64,000 bases of DNA from Candidatus Aminicenantes bacterium (lineage in GTDB: Archaea > Nanobdellota > Nanobdellia > Woesearchaeales > JAFCCF01): positions 12,950 through 76,949 of the forward strand of contig JAFCCF010000001.1 in assembly GCA_017610325.1 (NCBI GenBank), read 5' to 3'. A program made the translations under genes and the position numbers. The notes beneath the pieces were generated by a model, which was not told the DNA's origin, ran no database searches, and saw only the letters and a program-made list of their open reading frames with translations. Below, piece after piece: positions 60,001 through 64,000 of the stretch (positions are counted from its first letter, which is position 1; every line of letters starts with the position of its first letter).

Positions 60001-61543
60001 TGAATCAAGCACATTCAAGGTTGACCCAACAGACACTGACTATTGCCCATACCAACCGCCAACTAACTGCTCAGACCACTGTGATGACAACCTCAAGAAC
60101 TGCGGCGAGACTAGCAAGGACTGCGGCGGCACATGCGTGTCAGAAGGAAAGAAGTGCCCAAATACAAAATCCTGTGTAATTGATTCAGACTGTGAGTCAG
60201 GTTACTGCAACCCAACAACCAAGAAGTGCGAGACCTCGCTGTGCGAGAACGAAGAATTGGATATAACCAACCTTGAGACTGATGAGGACTGCGGCGGCAG
60301 CAATTGTCCTGCTTGCGGTATTGGCGAGAACTGTAAGGTAGATAATGATTGTGAGGGAAACAATTACTGTGATAGCAATACAAAAAAATGTGTAAGTCCG
60401 TCTTGTAGTGATAATAAGATGAACATACATGATGGGCAAGCAGAGACAGATCGTGATTGCGGCGGTCCATGCGTACTAATTGGCAAGCTATGTGCAAACG
60501 GTCTTGGCTGTGCAGATGACACTGATTGCGAATCAGGATTCTGCGTGCCAATAACTAACTTATGCGCGCAGCCAACGTGCACCGACGGTTATAAGAACCA
60601 GGATGAGACCGGCCCAGATTGCGGCGGTAGCTGCGTTGCAGAAGGCAAGAAATGCCTAGATGGCGAACAATGCACATCAAAAGAAGATTGTATCAGCGAT
60701 TACTGCGGTTCAGGTTACTGCAGGGCAGAACCTGGCCAGGATTCAGACGGAGATGGAATGCCTGATGAATGGGAAGACAAATACCAGCTTGATAAAAATG
60801 ATCCAACTGATGCAACCTGGGACAATGATGGGGATGGTCTGACAAACCTTGAAGAATACAGAAAGCAGACAAATCCACTTGATCAGGACACAGATGGTGA
60901 TAATTATAATGATGGTGATGAAATTACCAACAGAACAGATCCAACTGACCCTAATTCATACCCAAAAAAATCAAACCTATTCAGAACAATTCTGCTTATT
61001 ATTATATTCTTGATACTGCTCGGAGCTGCAGGTTACCTTGGATATATTGAACTAAGAAAGATGGGGGGGATTGGCAAGAAGAAAATGCCACCACCAAGAG
61101 GATCACCACAGCAGAGGACACTCAACCTGATGAAAGGTACGATGCCAGGTGTACCAACACAACCACGGCAACCAAGACCAATGCAGCCAAAAACACCAGC
61201 GCCCCTTATGCCGTTCCAGATTCAAGCAAGAAAGCAAAAAGCCACCATTGTAAAGAAAAAAGACAGGAGAAAACTGTTTGATTCATTTTCTGGAGCAGAA
61301 CCAATAAAACCAGTTGTTAAGGAGATACCTAAACCAACTGAAGAACCTAAGAAAGAAGGGGTTGGGTGGATTACACTCAAGGCTAAAAAACCGTCAAAGA
61401 AGCTGTCAAGGAAGCCTATAGAAGGGGATGTCTTTGCAAGACTAAAAAAGATAGCAGAAGAAGGTAAAACCCCCAAAACTGGCAGAAAAAAGGATGTTTT
61501 TAAGGAATTGAGCAAACAAAAGCCAAAAAAGAAAAAGAGGTAG
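50990..61543 (+). CDS. Giant (~3,500 aa) surface protein / putative adhesin
   Basis: Signal peptide, Thr/Ser linker, EVCDNGIDDDGNGRIDCAD motif, FN3/Ig-like repeats ending D..P, four ET..DCGG Cys-rich repeats, DxDGD Ca-binding repeats, C-terminal TM helix and Lys/Pro-rich tail. The start was placed at ATG 50990. Confidence 0.88.
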   Translation: MRKSSGFTYFAIISLVFIIFNSYPILADGECCANPLATDIWCVPGTSGAPVTQVLCCSDALFSSFWDTSQQYASVPDSENNCISNFYDAGPSPDCTTTSNAWVNTMCFQGSTTSTTTTTLATSSTSSTTTTLGSTTSSTISSTTTISITSTSSTSTSSTTTTLWLYEVCDNGIDDDGNGRIDCADGYCLATNAVCTPGISGSKCSWTTNSGSTYRCCAFSSDCDNDNYDETCGECPCIVLAEAPSSLAVAHQSGWNFRLTWLVSCTAGVTFDVYRCEGIGCNPILKRNSAPVTNMYFTDTIQKANTGYCYEVRANYGGIQVRSNIVCQTSGDRICLDNPQGGEFCETAVTPTKRTRCDSSNRKIEVEDCLVDYGYDYRCYGPYGQGRETKCVQYSGCWRCNYLLEFFGNPSYSMVSYLDGIELKQTLCKDYEFCYYDSTPTIANEYIDCSVVTAGNGCYEYNSRQACEQSNLQDSPFNNRCLQRNCTWNWISQELGTGVCIEQDVNLQKCELCTPDFVAGDASPNKVFNLCDVATCKLYGECYPKDIDKDGTLKNYNALGLTQNEECISKSRVSCEDFGQQECIATPSDGQSGSQAVAVDAAYQDPNDRTTRISGTHQLKRTSYDYFEFGVCAYRGNRCFKDADNTTTSDPNPLDMTPPMTIIDNGLVLGTLQLAVQVVDEKPAGTVCSPASNCTGPLALYTCIVNSTPTQDNCYPTDSVTIDSNGIGIIDNYIGYGNGTYKIFYYAEDNANNLEEIKYINVTIDRDPPSIDLDYFVLRSNSAPFNDSNVTMFITTDQIAVCNDRFYTSPSSYRSRLNSSNGAFFEVNYTSLFDGYYNYFISCIDGFGNNRTLDTYIRVNADDRINTTYPNGTIDTTSPTLIISTNSQATECVYKLADQDWSDAIQFDVGTESSSRTYWNYSKQLTGLADGRYTYDVRCTINLQPSYDQISFVVDTASPTTLAIDGLGLPYDFIEPKSSHRVYLRCNDQPAGGFGCMNTYYCKGSFQCTPDTIYTTGPIEIIGEPFFCFFSEENSRTHLGQTMGGKNESVVCRTLITDNMDPHLFVDILAELALNEYFLTNQNPLTVTGTIIDYTYDMWDSDATWISSLSNNEYVEDNYVFTDYNLSANFTFTGESVEFWFAHVNSSKYYYIYIDSSDDFPNKQNIYLYKKGQTAPVVPGQENINVLENKEIILNITIKLGNFEVILNGEALPGGAITFAFGDASYGAGKIGAKAHASSTIDFEDLVILESDMASNNEIRLVVNGETLTTGVLESNLRNFQQFSLDSNLIGDYSNCKQCSRLQLTAIDRAGNDYVKYYHVYLDQNGPFFDNTSIKMYDFEGSEAQNVEYGENTTLKIRVYDTDNYKATVNVTNVTLEFNNHNYTLVNISEQLHDTYWESMVVTDDLGVGSYILTFYARDALNNINSTIISRTLNITDTRAPSFDVVIYNDSARTNQVGVVTMGAYYAKMNSSEPSLIRHFNLTPLGFTAENIFVNCDNRGQYATSWQCSFSIDNVNFLDKNERLLNFKFLATDNHGINQTQIQPGYIILNTTGPQPPIFDPNINHGSSPNTYANTYPDYLTSYSDESTDVFYTNKSKLFITGASAQSNHVILSTQVAENQPNDVIYTQQTVTKLADTANLNSAGFGVSVANVGATEIKFEGIDLTSDLISTAGSYLMFTNHDRKTYEHYKEYYAVTNSMYDGYLTTIYLASPLEGAVSKDELINVYDKQRSRDTFALYSAELTDGVNKLFAKGVNQLGNKGRESVIHNIFFDDESPDDVFSIPYRNWTIGDYYTNITFEVRDRNPSSGIRLIDTNIALRYTNTTGTYTLYTNTIPYLLDATYANGTSKDGNYNYSLLVFDTGEFISTSYYPLPDGKYDVTIFLRDRAHNYLAGQWQFWIKLGVPDMPNISLADNAAFTAIDNPNDMNAVDDRFFINQTTGYGVLIEYPVTETNIDIIYINMSPHDAKITCSKATNTRFECSFDNALVANKDYEIMYTSQRVLSNGSNGPKVNRTFYITTDNISPQVTAMQFFDVSRVNNTNFELNITGLNEMYDVLVKVYLGNITLDEIITSDSLIQFNNLNIPDLADMGYNLKAILIDQAGNSFPKSGILTIDNTAPGVSVTSVAPVTKGIMNTGLTSWITGDDNVSIKGVYADASIDYICYFNPHFALFSCSRNVNTATIHQGNNTYQLYARVFGQENGSDVYNNITITAVDRAGNSRSRSINLTADRSPPIVNLTAPRVGITSILTPTIVVSTDEVSNCNLSYNTISNAAMTGAPNNTHVYTVTTSLATNQNNTFRVECRDQLGNIGEETYYIYADTITPIINGVTVTPGFLNHSSTSFSMYVVYSQVVEPYLTVNLNELSICRYGTSNIYNTMQKFPGYNESQYSIQHNSLSIRNMLVENQTTYLYVACEDRGGNVANVYRVGIKLDPDAPIMPFNPQPTGFVTTNEPNVSVNTYRLARWCGITSINGGAPINISLEWKGQDTTTGIQTYARILQGLQEGQTYTIEISCAASPRGSVTFSFTIDTEGPATIIEVQSSSYKPNIYVMFNEGVTIKSAILTGPSGTVTVQGQQHTTSNYTYVPIQNLTNTTYTFSVVATDSRGNSKETTKLFTLPIDYLNITLIKPIDGWINETTFEVVIETDRRAMCRYDRNYRNYTGMNKDFTTSNRITHKIDDFNYSETNKLIFVTCRDLYGAATPVPKLIEFMYDPVAPVITTSVSPRTVAEYLVLNGSSQLFTKLTIDSDKPAFCRYSRTSDVYELMEHQTKNKSRHHEVYITGLVDGMSYNYNVRCISLANVVSNYEVVSFDVDITQPVQIISVTPASGSYLGSGSGVKLNVSTNKHADCRVNSSSNGLSYISSLSLNKVNHWFNLPTLTREGEFDFNIWCMDINRDTVSAVVRLIFDKTAPSDPEIEYVYACTDNEIKARVKSEDNLTGIVGYNYSLVDDTNGSDLIEHKYESGDDDEIIRIRYDDYGRLELNTSHYYVLSVWAKNGAGLYSREVESSTFKVDPTDTDYCPYQPPTNCSDHCDDNLKNCGETSKDCGGTCVSEGKKCPNTKSCVIDSDCESGYCNPTTKKCETSLCENEELDITNLETDEDCGGSNCPACGIGENCKVDNDCEGNNYCDSNTKKCVSPSCSDNKMNIHDGQAETDRDCGGPCVLIGKLCANGLGCADDTDCESGFCVPITNLCAQPTCTDGYKNQDETGPDCGGSCVAEGKKCLDGEQCTSKEDCISDYCGSGYCRAEPGQDSDGDGMPDEWEDKYQLDKNDPTDATWDNDGDGLTNLEEYRKQTNPLDQDTDGDNYNDGDEITNRTDPTDPNSYPKKSNLFRTILLIIIFLILLGAAGYLGYIELRKMGGIGKKKMPPPRGSPQQRTLNLMKGTMPGVPTQPRQPRPMQPKTPAPLMPFQIQARKQKATIVKKKDRRKLFDSFSGAEPIKPVVKEIPKPTEEPKKEGVGWITLKAKKPSKKLSRKPIEGDVFARLKKIAEEGKTPKTGRKKDVFKELSKQKPKKKKR

Positions 61544-61556
61544 GCTTCGTTCTAAA

Positions 61557-62042
61557 ATGAAAAAGGGGCAGGTAACTGGGCAGGTTTTCATCTACATCAT
61601 TTCAGCAGTTATTATTGGATTTGTGCTTTTGTTTGGAATCCAGGCAGTGCTTAAGATACTGAAGACTGGCTGTGATGTTGAGATGATAGAATTTAAGCAG
61701 GGGCTTGAGGATAGGTTTAAGAAAGGCATGCAGCATGGTGTTGTTAATGACAGGCCAATTAGCGTACCTTCATGCTCTAATTTTGCAGAGGTTTGTTTTG
61801 TTCAGCTTGACAAAGAAGCCCCACCCTCCTTGTATTCTTCAAGGCCGCTTATATATAACAGCTGGGAGGATAAGGTTGAGGCGAATGTCTTCTTTATTGC
61901 TGATGGTCCTGAATTATTTATGTATGTTAAAGGTTTAGAAGTAAAGAACCCATTCTGGTTATGTGAACCTGTGGTCAGCGGAAGGATAAGCACGCTGCGC
62001 TTCATTGGTCAGGGAGATGGCATACTAGTAGACCAAATCTGA
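61557..62042 (+). CDS. Pilin-like protein with class III signal peptide
   Basis: MKKG|QVTGQVFIYIISAVIIGFVLLFG. Confidence 0.75.
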   Translation: MKKGQVTGQVFIYIISAVIIGFVLLFGIQAVLKILKTGCDVEMIEFKQGLEDRFKKGMQHGVVNDRPISVPSCSNFAEVCFVQLDKEAPPSLYSSRPLIYNSWEDKVEANVFFIADGPELFMYVKGLEVKNPFWLCEPVVSGRISTLRFIGQGDGILVDQI

Positions 62043-62046
62043 GAAA

Positions 62047-63138
62047 ATGCTTAAAAAAAGGGGTGCGATTGAGATACAGTTTAATTGGATTTTTGTTCTT
62101 ATAATCGGAGCCCTGATTCTTGGATTCTTTGGCAAGATAGTATATAACCAGATACAGCTTTCAAAGGAGGAAACAGATATAGCAATCCAGACAAAGCTAA
62201 AAACCATAATCAAGAATGCCAAGGAAAGTACTGGTTCGGTCTTCGAGGTTAACCTAAAGAGGACAGAGATAAGGTATAATGATTGCACAGAGGGCCTGGA
62301 AACAGGAGGTACCCTTACTCCAATCAAGATAACCACAGCATTTGCTCCGAATCTTGTCAAAAGCGCGACAGGTAAGGTATATTTCTGGGCAGTTGACTGG
62401 AACATGCCATATCGTGTTGAAAATTTCATATTTATCACATCCCCTGATATAAAATATGTGGTTGTCAACACCAGCGAAGATACAGAAAAGTATGCGCTCG
62501 AGATATACAATGGAACACAGGTGATAAGCCTCCCTGACAGGTTCAACAAGCTCTTCATGGATTTTGATGAAGCAAAAAACCTGCAACCAAACAATTACTA
62601 CAAGACCCGCTTTATCTTCTTTGATGTTTTGGATTTCCATGCTTTTAACCCGCAGAACAGCTTTTTCCTGGATGATGCCATTGATGTATCTGCTGTGCTG
62701 ATAAATCCAACCTCAGGTAACCTGGACGGTTATGGTGATGTGGAATATCGCGTGAAAAAAACAACATCATCCACTCTAGAGTATGTTGGCGACTCAAAGT
62801 ATCTTGCAAGGGCATCTATGTTTGGTGCTATAATCTCTGAGAATATCAGCCATTATGATTGTGTGATGGAAGAGGCAATAGAGCGCCTTAACTTAGTAAG
62901 CTTGGTTTACAAGAAGCGCACAGAAAATTTACAAACCCAGCTTCCAGTTGGTGGTGACTGTACTGATTATGGTATATACCCACTTGCAGCCGGCCATCTT
63001 CAGAATATCATTGATATGTCAACCATTTTTAAAACAGACAATTTTGTCAGCATCTACACAGATGCATTTTCAGACGCAGGAAGCGTGAAAACACTTAATC
63101 ATCTCGCAATCATGAAGAGCTGTCCTTTGGTGTATTAA
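62047..63138 (+). CDS. Pilin-like protein with class III signal peptide
   Basis: MLKKRG|AIEIQFNWIFVLIIGALILGFF. Confidence 0.75.
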   Translation: MLKKRGAIEIQFNWIFVLIIGALILGFFGKIVYNQIQLSKEETDIAIQTKLKTIIKNAKESTGSVFEVNLKRTEIRYNDCTEGLETGGTLTPIKITTAFAPNLVKSATGKVYFWAVDWNMPYRVENFIFITSPDIKYVVVNTSEDTEKYALEIYNGTQVISLPDRFNKLFMDFDEAKNLQPNNYYKTRFIFFDVLDFHAFNPQNSFFLDDAIDVSAVLINPTSGNLDGYGDVEYRVKKTTSSTLEYVGDSKYLARASMFGAIISENISHYDCVMEEAIERLNLVSLVYKKRTENLQTQLPVGGDCTDYGIYPLAAGHLQNIIDMSTIFKTDNFVSIYTDAFSDAGSVKTLNHLAIMKSCPLVY

Positions 63139-63192
63139 CACAACAAAATTCCTGGCGGAATTTTGAGTGCTCAAAAACAGAAGGTTTTTGAC

Positions 63193-63666
63193 ATGCGCAA
63201 GTCACAGATAAAAATGGGAGAGACAATCGCGGTCTTGATAGTCTTCTTCATACTTCTGCTTGTGGGCATGGTATTCTATGCAAAGTTTAAAGGAGATAGC
63301 ATAGAAAGGAAAAGGGAAGAGATGGATATCATGAACACTATTGAGATTGCAATCAAGGCATCGCGGCTGCCAGAACTGCAGTGCACAACAGCAGGCATAG
63401 AATGCGGCAACACAATTGACCTGCTGAAGCTCCAGGCCCTTGAGGAGATAATAAAATATGACCTTATTGGAAACCCATACTATGACATGTTCTATGCAAG
63501 CGAGATTGTTATTGAGCAGGTTTATCCAACAACAAACAGCTGGATACTCTATAACTTTTCAGGCGGCAAGACATCTGTGCAGCCAGTTTATGTCCCAGTT
63601 ACAATACATGATGTTATTACAGATGAATATAGCTTTGGATTCATAAGAGTTGGTGTTTATGTCTAA
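63193..63666 (+). CDS. Pilin-like protein with class III signal peptide
   Basis: MRKS|QIKMGETIAVLIVFFILLLVGMVF. The start was placed at ATG 63193. Confidence 0.72.
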   Translation: MRKSQIKMGETIAVLIVFFILLLVGMVFYAKFKGDSIERKREEMDIMNTIEIAIKASRLPELQCTTAGIECGNTIDLLKLQALEEIIKYDLIGNPYYDMFYASEIVIEQVYPTTNSWILYNFSGGKTSVQPVYVPVTIHDVITDEYSFGFIRVGVYV

Positions 63667-64000
63667 AAAGAGCCAGATGGAAATATTAGGATTGGCGGTA
63701 GTGATAGTGCTTATTTTGCTAGGTTTTCTGCTATATCTTAGATTTGGAATGAATGGCAATAATGCTGACTTTGAGGAGTTTGCTGACCCAAAAATGGCAG
63801 CATCAACACTCAATGCAATGCTCAAGACAACTGTTTCCTGCGATTCAAAAAAATATTCAATCACCGAATTGCTGCAGGATTGCTATAACTGGAAGATGGT
63901 TTATTGCGGAGGGCAGGATTCATGCACATTTGCCGAAAACAGCCTGGGAATCATGCTCGATACTTCGCTCAAGCAATGGGGTAAGGGTTACTGGTTCCTT
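63659..64000 (+). CDS. Pilin-like protein with class III signal peptide (3'-truncated by the window edge)
   Basis: Hand translation MSKKS|QMEILGLAVVIVLILLGFLLYLRF..., open to the end of the window. Confidence 0.72.
   Translation, partial: MSKKSQMEILGLAVVIVLILLGFLLYLRFGMNGNNADFEEFADPKMAASTLNAMLKTTVSCDSKKYSITELLQDCYNWKMVYCGGQDSCTFAENSLGIMLDTSLKQWGKGYWFL

Noticed and set aside
568..63864. Numerous antisense and alternate-frame ORFs of 60-190 aa in the track
   Set aside because: They lie within well-supported genes and show no family motifs, so they were treated as shadow ORFs.
1..64000. Alternative genetic code or stop-codon recoding
   Set aside because: Conserved genes are full length under the standard code and end at TAA, TAG and TGA in the expected places.

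Overview
Archaeal chromosomal window, most consistent with a DPANN/Woesearchaeota-like organism. This is inferred from the PolD, histone, TFE and Hjc genes, the many apparently leaderless genes and a run of class III signal-peptide genes. 1-23 kb is housekeeping: aIF2-beta, a cdc6-DP1-DP2 operon next to a probable replication origin with two inverted ORB boxes, R15P isomerase-like, TFE, Hjc, histone, RNase Z, EndA, FEN1, Trm5, PAN plus three peptidases, TyrRS and tRNA-Pro(CGG). A candidate C/D-box sRNA also lies here. 23-41.5 kb holds a solo Cas4 and ArsR-IscS-IscU, then a ~15.5 kb locus that looks like a RiPP-type peptide-modification system. It contains a 36-aa precursor missed by the ORF track (36319-36429, minus strand, YxxPxL leader motif, Cys/Thr-containing C-terminus), a radical SAM/SPASM enzyme, a stand-alone PqqD/RRE, an HPr-kinase-like P-loop protein, an S26-like peptidase, an NTP_transf_5-type nucleotidyltransferase, a second radical SAM, four B12-binding radical SAMs, a flippase and a GT-C glycosyltransferase. 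44-64 kb is a surface-structure locus: large Cys-rich secreted proteins including a ~3,500-aa adhesin-like protein, several pilin-like proteins, and an unannotated 48-aa ribbon-helix-helix gene preceded by a 10-bp-periodic repeat array. All calls come from reading motifs by eye; no database searches were run.
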